Source: Octopus bimaculoides (taxonomy: Eukaryota). From it: a stretch of DNA of 64,000 nt. Made by a program: the position numbers and the translations under genes. Under the pieces are notes generated by a model. The model was not told the DNA's origin, made no database searches, and saw only the letters and a program-made list of their open reading frames with translations. The stretch is from NCBI RefSeq assembly GCF_001194135.2, contig NC_068981.1, positions 103,791,617 through 103,855,616 of the forward strand, in the 5' to 3' direction. Position 1 is the first letter of the stretch, and each line of letters begins with the position of its first letter. This document shows positions 25,463 to 38,789 of the stretch, piece by piece.

Positions 25463-25847
25463 CTGCAAAATCCAATGCCCTACACAACTGTCTCTCACCA
25501 CTGGCCAATGTTGTTTCATCACCAACAGAAAGGGGGATGGTGATGGGAACAGGGACAATAGTGGTGGTGAAATTGATGGTGGCAGTGGTGGTGATGGTGA
25601 TGGTGGTGTTGGTGAAGGTATTTGGCCATTGTGATTTCGGTATTAGTGGCTGTATTTGGTGTAACCATTAAGTTGACCCTACTTCTTCTTATTTGACAAA
25701 TGCTACTTCCACGTTTAGCTGTATTCCATTATTATTTATTTTTTTGTTTTTGCTGTTTTGTTTTCCAATATAACAAATTCGTCTCCTTAATGATTGCTTA
25801 TCCATGAGAGAACAGACATGTTCTCTCTTGCCCTCCCTTTTTTCTCT

Positions 25848-25888
<41 letters not shown>

Positions 25889-26066
25889 CTCCATCTCCAA
25901 TATGCTAAACATCTGCCCACCCCCTTCTACCATTACCAAACCTTGTCTCTATTCTGCTTACTCCCCCCCTGCATAATTTTTTCCTCCCCTCCTACACCAG
26001 ACCTCCGTGCCAATTTCTGGCATGGCTAATTTGCTACTGTAAATAGACTTATTATTAGAACTTTAC

Positions 26067-26107
26067 CATTTAATGATTCATTTAATTCATAATGGGTTTT
26101 ATTCATT
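26067..26107 (-). CDS. Candidate nested-gene exon (41 nt, possible start MNKTHYELNESLN)
   Basis: tatgttgtcag|A ATG...AAT G|gtaaag; only one frame is open. Confidence 0.3.
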
Positions 26108-27154
26108 CTGACAACATATAGATAAGAGAGAGCGAGAGAGAGAGAGCGAGAGAGAGAGAGCGAGGGAGCAAAAGAAAGAAAGAGCAGGAGAGTGAGAGAG
26201 CTTGTGAAAAAAAATGAGAAAGCAAGAGAATGAGAGAAAGAGAGATAATGAAGTGTGGGTGTGTGAGGGGAGAGAGAGAGATTGGTTAGGAGACAAACTG
26301 TCCAAACTTGCTTGTAAATAGAAGTTTGACTTGGTTTCTCCTCTATTTTCCAGGCATTCATATGATAAACTACAACTGATGTGTTTTCATATTTTAATAT
26401 ATATATTTAGTGCCTGTATATACTTCCATACCAATTTTTCCATGCCTGTATTCACTTCCATACCATCTTTTCATGCCTGTATCCAGAAACTTGGACACGA
26501 TAATCTTCAGTAAACTCAGTCAAAGTTGTAATTGATAAAACAACTGACATTTCTATCAGTCACCCGAAGATTGCTGTGTATAAATTCCTGGATACCAGTA
26601 TGGAATCATGTTTCAGAAGGATTTTTCAAGTGCACGATATATGTATATATAGTTATGGTATATTCTGTTAAGAACATAGTAGAGTACAGTATAAACCTTG
26701 TCCACCTTCAGATTTCACCCTGTGCTATCCAGTAGTAGGTATTATTATACGTACCTCCACATTTGCATTTGGGCATCTGTTGTGTGTGAATAGATAATTG
26801 AAAAAATTTGGAGTCAACAAGAAGGAGTGCAGTTGGACATTTATTTTTTAATCACTACAATTGTTTCTACACAATGTGGTTCTCCAGGCATGCAGGTATT
26901 TGATTATGCAACCATTTCCCTGCATTATGAGACCTAGTTGTATTTCCTCAGGCAATATGTAGATATTGTCTCCGTAAGTTCAAATTCTCAGTTTCAAGAA
27001 CATTCTCTCTGTCTGTTGTGGCCTGAATTTAGTAGTCGTCACTGAGTTTTTCAAAGTGTGTTGTTCTTGAAGAAGCATCGGCAAACTGCTTTGAATGTGT
27101 AGATGTAGTGGGATGGTGATTCTGCTACTATGTATATATATATATATATATATA

Positions 27155-27580
27155 GGTGTAGATGCAGCTGTGTAGTAGGAAGCTAGCTTCCCAACCACAT
27201 GAACCCAAGTCTAGTCCCACTGCATGGCACCTTGGGAAAGAATCTTATACTGTAGCCTTGGGCCAACCAAAGCCTTGTGAATGGATTTGGTAGACGGAAA
27301 CTGAAAGAAGCCCATTGTATATTTTATATGTTTATATTTGTATATATGTTTGTATATTTGTATTTGTGTGTGTCTGTGTTTGTCTTTCCACCATCGCTTG
27401 ACAACTGATGCTGGTGTGTTTATGTCCCCATAATTTAGCAGTTCAGCAAAAGAGACCAATAGAATAAGTACTAAGCTTACAAGGAATAAGTCCTGGGCTG
27501 TATTTCCTTGACTATAACCATTTGAGACAGTGCTCCAGCATGGCCACAGTCAAATGACTGAAACAAGTAAAAGAATAGAA
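27155..27580 (+). mobile_element. SINE family A
   Basis: Head, body and tail as at 10010. Confidence 0.8.
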
Positions 27581-27854
27581 GAATATATAAATATATGATT
27601 CATCAGAAATGATAGACACAATACAAATGTAGTGTATTCTTTAACACATTATAATTGAAAGGCTCCGATTTCTAGTAGTCAGAGTTGCTCATTTCATGTC
27701 CAGCCAACCTTTGCATATCCTCTACTTATGCTCATTCTTATGTTTTGCTTCTATTAAACATTGCACTGCATACAATTTGTCCTTTACTCATAAAGATAAT
27801 CTCCTTTTGCTGGCAGAAGAGATCACTCCTTGCACTTTTTCAAACCTGGTTATT

Positions 27855-28200
27855 TTTTTATTCATTTCAGTCATTTGACTGTGGCCATGCTGGAGTACCA
27901 TCTTCAGGGGTTTTAGTCGAACAAATCGACCCCAGGACTTGTTTAAATTTTTTTTTTAAGCCTTAGTACTTATTCTCTCACTCTCTTTTGCTGAACCGCT
28001 AAGTTACAGGGGCATAAACACACCAACACCAGTTGTCAATCGGTGATAGGGAGACAAACATAGACATAAAGACACACACATAGATACATACATATATATA
28101 CAATGGGTTTCTTTCAGTTTCTATCTACCAAATTCACTCACGAGGTTTTGGTTAGCCCAAGGCTATATGGTAGAAGATACTTGCCCAAGGTGCCATGCAG
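27855..28200 (-). mobile_element. SINE family A, inverted relative to 27155
   Basis: Reverse complement of family A tail and body. Confidence 0.8.
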
Positions 28201-28739
28201 TCTGACTATATATTTTATACTGCATAACAAGATTTAGCCCTTTGATTTAGTAGTACACACATTATGACTGTCCTCCACATATTTAATTACACTTATCAGG
28301 TTTAGATCAACTTGATGCTATGGTAGAGAGTACTGCACAGTGGGATGATCACGAAACATCAAAACATAAAAAAAGGCAAACCTTTTATCCATTCAGCCAT
28401 GACTAGTATACTAAACACAACCCATCCACCATTATTCATTATTCATACCTACTAACAGCTAGTTTGAATGGTGGAGCGAAGGGACACATTAGTATTCCAA
28501 GATAATAATGAAGGGATGAGATTAACAATCTTTTTCCTTATTACCTGTCATTGGAGCAAAGGCAGGTGTTATTGTTTTATGATAGTGTACTGAATATTAA
28601 GTAGTGAAGGAGGTCAGTGAACACTATGGAATTAGCTTCAATATCCATTCTTTAATTCATGATGATTTGAAGAACACTAGATAGTAAGAAGAACTAAGAA
28701 ATAGTAGTATGTAAAGTAAAAAAAAAAAAAAGTAAAGTT

Positions 28740-28970
28740 ACTGTCTCGAGTTATGCTGACTCATAAGGGTTGGTTTCCATGGCGTATAAATTCTCTACCT
28801 GGACAGGATGCCAGTCCATCACAAGATTACTCATTTTTGCCAGTTGAATGGACTGGAGTAATGTGAAATGAAATGTTTTGCTCAAGAACACTTGTTGCCC
28901 AATCCACGAATCAAAACAGCAGTCTTACAATCATGAGTCCAATACCCTAACCACTAAGCCATACACCTCC
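28740..28970 (-). mobile_element. tRNA-derived SINE with V-domain-like core
   Basis: Reverse strand: ggcttagtggttagggtattggac head and TGTGATGGACTGGCATCCTGTCCAGG. A decayed relative lies at 10480-10720. Confidence 0.65.
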
Positions 28971-29844
28971 ACAATAGTAGTATGTGATGTGCACTGCCCA
29001 ATAAATAGCCTTTTAGCAGTAGCATGACCTGCTAGACATACTTGTCTAATCTCACTCAGATTACACCCCATTGTCTTTAAAAAAAAATGGTCACATGGGA
29101 CAAGGTAGTATTCGATAAAGATAATAGGTCTGTTTGATCTGGGTTAACTTGAGATAAACAACAAAAACTGGTATGTGCTTATTTCTTTATAGCTGATGGT
29201 TGGGTGGGAGTGAGATATCTGAGGCAGAGGTGATACCAATAACATTTTGCAGGATCTCTCAGTTTGACCTTGAACTTGCAATTATGCAAGCTTAGATTAA
29301 GAGAGATTGCAAAAGTTCAAGATCAGACTTGATGAACTTCAATCTTAGCAAATATTCATTTATAAAAAAAAAGAAATGAAAACAATGAAGAGTTACAGTT
29401 CTGAAGAAGGAATTGTAAAAGTGTTTATAGTATAATTGCAGATATGGGCAATCTTTTGCAGGAAGCAGGCTGCTCAAGATGAGGCTTATCATCAGGCAGG
29501 CTGCACCATTTGAAATGCATCAAGATTTGGAAAGTTAGGGATGGTGTTTGAATATTTACACTACATGTTTATACTATGTTGACTTGCATGCCTGAAAGTA
29601 TGGATATAGTTGAGGCTTAGCTTTGTAGTGTGTTCAAGAGTATTACCTGTGTATTGTTCACAGCAAGAGAAAGTGTAATTCTACAAGATGGTTTCCTTGA
29701 TGTGTATGATGAGTATGCTTTGATGCTAGTTGCTGTATTGTCTTCATCGTTAGATGTTTATGGTCTCAGTTCATGGAAGCAGTGAAAATCTGGTGTGAGG
29801 CATTCAGGTTATCTGTATGTGCATGATGCCTGTGTACAGAAGGT

Positions 29845-30069
29845 TTAACTCTTTCGTTACTAACCCGGCTGAAACTGACTCTGGCTCTGTAGTACAAATG
29901 TCTAGTTTTCATAAGTTTTGAATTAAAATCTTCCACCAAACTTTAGTCAAAATTTAGGTTCCTAATATTAGCTAAATGATAACTAAGTTATCTTACTAAA
30001 TTCTTTGTTATATTTAAAATAATTAAAAGAAACGCAGAGCATCTCAAAATAAAGTAACGAAAGGGTTAA
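29845..30069. mobile_element. piggyBac-type MITE, second family
   Basis: TTAA-CTCTTTCGTTAC...GTAACGAAAGGG-TTAA. Confidence 0.75.
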
Positions 30070-31319
30070 ACAGAAATGGAAGGTTTTGTGTTGTATCTGT
30101 AAAACGGGTTCTCAAACATTTTCTTCCTGGATACTCCATCATGCCTGGCATTGTTGGTGTACCCTGTGTAAAGAATATACTGTAAAAAAAAATGATTGGG
30201 TATTATAGAACAGACACTAGACACTTATTTGTTGTTAATTCAATTTAATTTAAAGAATTCAAATCTTCTTGTGGTCAACTTTACCTTTTATCCTTCTGAG
30301 TCCAATGAAATAAAGTAGCAGTCAAGCTCGATATAATTAGCTATTTCCTCTCACCAAAATTTCTGGCTTTGTGCTTACTCTTTACTCTNNNNNNNNNNNN
30401 NNNNNNNNNNNNNNNNNNNNNNNNNNNNNNNNNNNNNNNNNNNNNNNNNNNNNNNNNNNNNNNNNNNNNNNNNNNNNNNNNNNNNNNNAACCATGTCGTT
30501 GGTAAGCAAGCTACTTACCACACAGCCACTCCTGCTTATGTAAGAGATTAAAGTCAGTCAATTTAATATTACATTTTTAATGAGATGAATAAGCTTGACA
30601 CTTTCTAACAAGTCACTCCATTCTAGACACAGTTTCAGAGAGTCATATTATTTTCAGTTGACAGTCTTGCACTAAATTTGTTTTTGATTATAAACATTGT
30701 TGAAAGCTTTGTTCACAGTGACAGGTGGGTGAGAATGGCATAAGGATTTCCACAGCTTTCCTTAGACACTTGAGTTGTTTTCAGTTGGTTGTGATTGCTT
30801 CAAAATCTCAGTATTTTTACTAGCCTTCGTACACCCTTGCAATTTCATTTGTGTATTTCAGTTTGGAAACCTCTGCTATAATGTGTAGCTTAGAAGAAGC
30901 AGTGAATTTATTATTAATGTATACAAAGGGAAGTGTAAGAGATATAACCAAATACATCAGTGTTCATAAACAGTGGGTTGGAGAGAGTACCATTGACTCA
31001 CATGGCAAAGGATCAGAAAGGAAAGAGAACGTTAGGGACATCAGTTTCATCAGGAATCTGGCACAAATTTAATCCAGTGACTCAGTCTTCAGTGATGTGA
31101 CACTGTTCATAATTGTAATAATATTGATTTTTAACAGATATAGAGGTGTAGTTAATTAAATCAACCCAACAACTTGACCAGTATTTAGTTTATTTACACC
31201 ACAAGAATAAAAGGCAAAGGTGACCCTAATAAGATTTGCATTCAGGTCATTAAAAAAAATGGAACTAGATACTGCAAGTCATTTTGTCCAGGACTCTATT
31301 TGCTGATTTTGATAGTCAT

Positions 31320-31860
31320 TGTCCCTTTGCTTGCATTATTTCGTCTTAACTTTATTTTTCTTTCATTCTTTTTTCACACTTTGCTTTATTCAGTTTTTTT
31401 TTTCCTTCTTTCTTCCATATCTTCTCTGTCTTTTTCTTTTCATTCTTCGCTTTTGTTCGTCTCTGTTATTCTTTCTTTCTTTCATTCTTCCTTCCTTTTT
31501 CTCTGCTTCTTTGTCTCTTTGTTTCTTCCTTTTCTTTGCTTCTTTCTTTGTCTCTTTTCTTTTCTCTCTTTGTTTCCTTCTATTTCTCTTTAGCCATTCT
31601 CTCATCTTTATCTCTCCACCTTCATCTCTCTCTCTCCTCTTTTTCCCCCTCTCCTTCCTACTTACCATCAATTATCTCCTTCGTTCTCTCCTTTACTCCC
31701 TTCCACTTCACTATCCATCCTTACTCTCTCTTCTCTTTCTCCCCCGTCCCACACTCCCTGCACTTTAATTCTTCATATTTCCCCACCATTCCTTGGCACT
31801 GACCACCTTCTTCCCTTCCCCTTACTCTCCGTTATGCTTCCTCTCCTACTCATAAAAATA
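31320..31860. repeat. Degenerate CT-rich low-complexity tract (also 33810-34620 and the GA-rich tract 24890-25320)
   Basis: Direct inspection. Confidence 0.85.
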
Positions 31861-32414
31861 CCAAAACTAATGTCTCATTACAGAGGTAGTGGTGGTGGTG
31901 GTGGTGGTGGTGGTGGTGATGGGTGGCTGGTTATTGATCCATTTCGACTGATGAGTGATTAATTGATTGATTGACAGTTGTTGTTGTAAAACTCTGAAGA
32001 ATGAAGCACCAATGCCATCGCAACCATTGCTACTGGTTCTCTCTACCACTATCGCTAGCATCATAAAATCCAAGACAGTAATTATTATATGGAAGTTTGC
32101 ACTTTTGATTCCATTACCCTAAACTTTCTTGTTACACATGCAATGTGTCGCTTTCATTGGGGGATTATTACATTTTGTTTTCTTCCTCTTCCCCTTTTGT
32201 TTCTTCACTTCCTTTTTCTTTCTAGCCTTTTCTGCTCCTCTATTCTATCTATTTCTTCTCTGGTCCATCTACTTCTTCTCAGCACCATCTACTTGTCCTT
32301 TCTTCTTGTCTGGCTGACAAGCTAATAAAGAAGCCTCTATATGGTCACTTGACCTACTAGAATTAACAGCTAAATTTCCTTCAATGATACTCTACCAGCT
32401 TATAAAAGTGAGGC

Positions 32415-33235
32415 GCAGGAGTGGCTGTGTGGTAAGTAGCTTGCTAACCAACCACATGGTTCCGGGTTCAGTCCCACTGCGTGGCATCTTGGGCAAGTGT
32501 CTTCTACTATAGCCTCGGGCNNNNNNNNNNNNNNNNNNNNNNNNNNNNNNNNNNNNNNNNNNNNNNNNNNNNNNNNNNNNNNNNNNNNNNNNNNNNNNNN
32601 NNNNNNNNNNNNNNNNNNNNNNNNNNNNNNNNNNNNNNNNNNNNNNNNNNNNNNNNNNNNNNNNNNNNNNNNNNNNNNNNNNNNNNNNNNNNNNNNNNNN
32701 NNNNNNNNNNNNNNNNNNNNNNNNNNNNNNNNNNNNNNNNNNNNNNNNNNNNNNNNNNNNNNNNNNNNNNNNNNNNNNNNNNNNNNNNNNNNNNNNNNNN
32801 NNNNNNNNNNNNNNNNNNNNNNNNNNNNNNNNNNNNNNNNNNNNNNNNNNNNNNNNNNNNNNNNNNNNNNNNNNNNNNNNNNNNNNNNNNNNNNNNNNNN
32901 NNNNNNNNNNNNNNNTTACGTGTCACCCGCACGAAAACGGCCACGCTCGAAATGGTGTCTTTTATGTGCCACCCGCACAAGCCAGTCCAGGGGCACTGGC
33001 AACGATCTCGCTCGAAAATCCTACAGGAGCCAGTCAGTGTCTGTGTTTGTCCCCCCACCATCGCTTGACAACCGATGCTGGTGTGTTTACGTCCCCGTAA
33101 CTTAGCGGTTCGGCAAAAAGAGACTGATAGAATAAGTACTAGGCTTATGAAGCATAAGTCCTGGGGTTGATTAGCTCGACTAAAGGCGGTGCTCCAGCAT
33201 GGCCACAGTCAAATGACTGAAACAAGTAAAGAGAA
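32415..33235 (+). mobile_element. Young SINE family A head and tail split by an N-gap, with an RTE-3'UTR-like piece at 32916-33030
   Basis: Head at 32415-32520 and tail at 33035-33235; the piece after the gap matches 46270-46350. Confidence 0.65.
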
Positions 33236-33816
33236 AGATATGTTGGGCAATCTAGCCAGAGATACATTGTCTGAATGTAAGATGGGAAGGTTAAATATAC
33301 AATATTTTTTTTTTACCATTAGTCTGCTTGATTAGCACATACTTGGGCTTAAACAAGAATAACAACAACAATAAAAATGTGCCAATAAGGAAATTTGTAT
33401 GTGGGCATTCAGCCTACTAGGAATAACAGTCAAGTCTCCCTCAGATTCATTTTGTCTCATTAAAAAGCGAGGACACCTTTGATGTCTGAATATCAGACAA
33501 GATGGTCACGGCTGGAATGTCTTTGATTATAGGTTTGCTTGATCATGGCTGATTTAGGGACTGAAAAACAATAACCTTGTTTATTTGTCTATCTCTTTCT
33601 TTTCTTTGTTTGTCTCTCTTTCTCTGTCTTTCTCACTCTTCCTATTTGTTTAGTAAATTCTGAAGAATCAATGAAGAATTGCTATTGCCTCTTATTGCTA
33701 TCTCAAAATGCAAGAAAATAATTATGGCATAGAAGTTTGCTCTTTAACTCAGCATCCCTGAATCTTTTTCTTCTAACGCATGCAGTGTATTGCCATTTCT
33801 TTCCAAAACATTCCTT

Positions 33817-33880
<64 letters not shown>

Positions 33881-34285
33881 CCTCCCTTACTTACTCTCTC
33901 TTTCTTCCAGCTCCAGCTTCTGTTATTGCTTCATCTTATTGTCCTCCTCTTCTCCCATTGCTTTTCCTTTCTCTCTCTTTCAATTATCTTGTTGTTTTTT
34001 CAGATAACAATTTCCAACATTCTTTTCTCCTCTCTTCTTCCCTTCAGCTAGAGCATCTATCAGCCTTTCTTTCCCACCATCGCTTACTCATTTAATTTCT
34101 TATTCAATCCTGTCTTACTTCTTTCCTAGAAACTTGTTTCTTCCAATTTCTTCATTGCATTCTTCTTCTATCTCTTTGCCTTTCCTTTGGTTTAGGATTT
34201 TTTTCTACTTTACCTTATTCTCCAACTCTATCATCCTTTGCACTTTACACACCCCTTCTCTCTCTCTCTTTCTCTCTCCCTCCCC

Positions 34286-34318
<33 letters not shown>

Positions 34319-34932
34319 TCTCTCTCCCTCTCTCTCTTGTCCACTCCAAATTCTCATCCGCATCCACTATTTCTTTGAAACTTGTGCTTTCAAAACGTTT
34401 TTCATCCTTCACCCTGCACCTCCCCACCACACTTCTCTCTTTCTTTTTCCCTTACAACCTTTTCTAGATTTTTCTTTGTCTCACTCACTCTCCTCTTCTT
34501 CATAGGAAACATTGAAGCATTCTCTTTCTTTCTTTTTTCTCTCACATTTTCTTCTTATTCCTTTCATACACAATTCCTATGAAATTGCATTCCCTCTCTT
34601 TCCTTTTCCTCTCTATTCTCTTTCCCCCTCCCCCTCTCTCTTCAAGGTTATTTCTCGAGTCATGTTGTTATTAACGAAATTTCTTGATTAGTTTCAGTTT
34701 TTTTTCTACAACAATTCTGAGACACTGTTGACAAACAAAATTTAAAAACCAAAATTTGTTTGCCCATAAACACAGGTATGAATCTGTGGTTAAGAAGCTC
34801 ACTTTGCAACTATGTAGTCTTGGGTTCAACCCCACTGTGTTGCACCTGAGACATGTGTGTCATCTACTATGGCCCTGGGTTGATCAATGTCTTGTGGATG
34901 AATTTGGCTGACAGGAAGTGTGTGGAAGACTG

Positions 34933-34969
<37 letters not shown>

Positions 34970-35699
34970 CACATGCATTCATCCATGTGTGTATGTGTGT
35001 GCATTAATAATAATAATAATCCTATTGTAGGCACAAGGCCTGAAGTTTTAGAGAAGGGAGCTAGTCGATTACTTTGATCCCAGTGATCAACTGATACTTG
35101 TTTTATCAACCCTGAAATGATAGAAGACAAAGTTAGCCTCAGCAGAATTTGAACTCAGAAGCTGAAGCCAGAAGAAATGCTGTAAAGCATTTTGTCTATC
35201 ATGCTAACAATTCTGCCATCTCATCATTATCATCTTCATCATCATCATCATCATCATACGTCCATTTTTCCATGCTGGCATGTGTTTGGACAGTTTGCAA
35301 AGAACAAACCAGCCGAAGTGCTTCACCAGGTCCTATGTCTATTTTGACATGGTTTCTACAGTTGGATGCCCATCCTAACACCAACCTCTTAACAGAATGT
35401 ACTGGGTGCTTTTTATGTGGCATCAGCACTGGTAAAGTCACAAAGTGATAATAATCCTTTCTACTATAGGAACAAGGCCTGAAATTTTGTAGGAGGGGTA
35501 TAATCAATTACATTGACCCCAGTGCTCGACTGGCACTTTTTTCAACAGCCTCGAAAGGACGAAAGACAAAGTCAACTTTGGTGGGATTTGAATTCAGAAT
35601 GTAAAGAAGGATGAAATGCCACTAAGAATTTTTCTGGCATGCTAAAGATTCTGCTAGCTCGCTGCCTTAGCAATAATAACAGCTTCACCCTAGCTGTCT

Positions 35700-36170
35700 C
35701 TCCAAAACTATTGATGCATGCTCAGAGCTGCCCATTTCCTTGGACCATACTCTATACTCTTCCCCACCTTTCATCCAATTTGTTAGGATGCGGCTGTTTC
35801 CTCTCCACTCTCATTCTTTTTGCCAAATATAACTTGAGAAAGTTGTTAAGGACTTTCAATCTTGTCCAACCACACAAACTCTTTCATCAAGGCTACCGGA
35901 CAGAAAGTACAAAATTCTAGCTCTTCCCAGGCAAAGGAAGAAATCAGGATGATCTTCAAGAAGGACTCAGATGATAACTAGATTCATCCTGCATACAATA
36001 CCAGCTGTCCAACATAACTCCCCAAGTCAGCAATACTTGGGCACTCGATGAGTCCATGAAGAATAGATTTATTGCCCTGCACACATTTCAGACAGGCTCA
36101 GCTGATGGTACTTCTGCTCTGTAGAGTTTATTGAACCAGCACAGTTGCACTGCCAGACCAAACAATTATC
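35700..36170 (-). mobile_element. Tx1/L1-like LINE ORF2 C-terminal remnant
   Basis: CLKCVQGNKSILHGLIECPSIADL (CxxC-x-HxxxxCP zinc knuckle), later KEFVW and RMRVERKQ in shifted frames. Confidence 0.55.
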
Positions 36171-36714
36171 TTTTACACCATTATAAATCACCAATTGTTT
36201 AAGGTTGAGAGATACAATCAATTGAATTGAAACCTCAATGCAGAGCTAGTGCTTACTTAATCACTTGCTTTATCAACTACTCAGCCGTCTGGCCCAGAAG
36301 GAAGAAAAGCTATTTTGAAATATCAAAATTTGAGAATTGTAAAGAGATGTTTAAAGTCTGACATGTCATTATTTGTGGTTCATCAATAAATTCAGTTTTG
36401 CCTTAGCATTTCTTCCACTTTATATTAAAGTCCACACTTTTCAGTCATGCACATAGATGTGATTGACTACTTACTCCAGTCCTTGAGTCATTCTATGCGA
36501 TATTGGAAGCCTATCACCACTAAGTGAGCCTATACATACACATTTGCATTCATATATATATATATATATATGTATATGTACATGTATGTGTGTGTGAGTG
36601 TGTCTAGCTAGCTGTACATACAACGTACATGTGCAACCACATTTACACAGACACACACACTGACATTCACATATACACATATAAGTGTAATATGAGTGGA
36701 ATGGTATATATGCT

Positions 36715-36802
<88 letters not shown>

Positions 36803-36847
36803 NNNNNNNNNNNNNNNNNNNNNNNNNNNNNNNNNNNNNNNNNNNNN

Positions 36848-36883
<36 letters not shown>

Positions 36884-37170
36884 TGGTTTGAGAAAGCTAG
36901 TGACAGGCAGTGGAATTTGATTTGGAATGCAAAGAACTGGAATAGATATACTCAAGCAATTCCACCAATCTACCACCCTGAAATGGTATTTTATTAATCC
37001 ACCCCTAAAGAATGCAAAGTTGATCTCAGTAGGTTATGAACTCAGAATGTAAAGTACCTGACCCAATACTCTAAGGTGTTCTTATCCAATGCATTGGATG
37101 ACTTGACCAATTTTCTACCTCTGTAATCCTTTATTGATTGCACAAACTATAAAAATGTTTCATATTGTCA

Positions 37171-37776
37171 TTAACCCTTTAGCATTCAGATTTCTCTGTC
37201 AAATGTCATGCCTATTTATGCACATTGAGAAGACAATTCAAGTTGCATAAAATGTGAGAAGACACATCAAGCTAAGTAAAATCGTAGTTCTTCTTGCATA
37301 CAGGCATGTCCCCTGCATCCTTCTCCAGCTGAGCATTCCTAATCTTGCAGGCTCATGGGGCTGGTTTCATGTAAAAAGCACCTGTACCAGTGCCATGTAA
37401 ACACACCTGTACCAGTGCTGTGTAAAAATCACCCAGTACACTCTGTATAGTGGTTAGTATTGGGAAAGGCACCCAGCCATAGAAACCATGGCAAAACAGA
37501 CATGAAGCCTAGAAAGCTCCTCAGCTGGCCATATCCTGTTAAACTGTCCAACCTATGCCAGTATGGAAAATGGACATTAAATGATAAAGATGATGATGTT
37601 CATTGATTTGAATTAGTCATTCATTACCTTGTAGCTTTGAGATGTCAATGACATGATTGTTAATTTTCAGAATAATATTGTAGGGCAAGTACAAGAGGCC
37701 AGATCTGGCCAGTTTTAAGATAGAACAGATAGATTATTTTGGCTAGATATGGTCAGTTTAAATGTTAAATGGTTAA
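37171..37776. mobile_element. piggyBac-type MITE interrupted by an RTE 3' fragment (about 37230-37600)
   Basis: TTAACCCTTTAGCATT start and aaatggttaa end; the insert ends taaatgataaagatgatgatg. Confidence 0.7.
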
Positions 37777-38037
37777 GTAGCTGATTTTTGTTAAATCAAA
37801 CCTCAGTATATAGCTGGTACTTATTTTGTCATTCATTTTACCTTCTACAAGGATGAAAGCCTATTTGAACTCAGGATGGTAGAGAAAGAACACTAAATAT
37901 AAGTATTTCAATCTGTTATGGCTGTATATATGACCTTATGTTATCTTTATTGTTTTGCATGTTAGAAGCAAACATTCTATTTGCATCTATTGTTTTCTGC
38001 TTATCTTTCTGCATCTAATATGAATACACTTTATCAG

Positions 38038-38165
38038 TTTGCAGCCATTGTCAGAAAACGAGGACGGGAATACTACAAGAAGCAACTCATTCCAGAAATC
38101 TTACACTCTTCACTCTTCTTATCAACAAATGCTTATAGTTATGTGACATTCTTCTGCCTGTGGCG
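38038..38165 (+). CDS. TMEM135: TMEM135 coding exon 2 (128 nt, phase 0 to 2)
   Basis: ttatcag|TTT...TGG CG|gtaagt. Translates FAAIVRKRGREYYKKQLIPEILHSSLFLSTNAYSYVTFFCLWR, matching recalled human TMEM135 [43 protein letters not shown]. Confidence 0.95.
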
Positions 38166-38789
38166 GTAAGTTTGTACTTTAGTTAGCATATATTTCTTTC
38201 ATCTTCATAATCTGCCTTGTTATGATTCTCCATTATTTTCACTGTCTTCCAGTCTTTAACAAAAAAAAAAACATGGGGGGAGGGGCTAATAAAATGCCTG
38301 AGTACTGCTCCTCTTCAAGAATAATTAGAAACATGATTACAAAATAATAAAACAAGTTCCTTATTGTTATTGGTATTAATGTCAGAGAAATACATTCAAT
38401 ATGTCAATGAATGATTATGATAATGATAATATAGTCGTTATTGTTTAGTGCACAGATCAACCTTAGCATTAAGCACACCTATGTCTTAAGGCATTGTAAG
38501 ATAGGTGTGACTGCTGAATGTATTTTCCTTTTTCCAGACTATGTAGCTCTGTTACGCATTTTTTTCTAAAGACTATTAGATGTGATTTGAAGGAGATTTA
38601 ATTACTATTTCTAGAGAAGTTTGTGTGACTGCACAAGGCTTCTTAGACCAGGGGTGGTGGAGAAAGATATCCTCAAATTGGAGATATGCCTGAATGCTTG
38701 CACCAAACAAAGTAAACCCCAATTAAGGCACCAAAGTGAAGGTGTTAAACTGGGCAATGGATTAAGTCTACGACTTTAGAACACAATGG

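Noticed and set aside
25470-25500. TLASGERQLCRAL resembling the ABC signature
   Set aside because: No Walker motifs nearby; the context is a simple (CAC)n repeat.
29480-29800. Long - strand frame with three TAA stops (TSNDEDNTATSIKAY...LPDDKPHLEQP)
   Set aside because: No convincing splice boundaries; noted only as possible decayed coding sequence.
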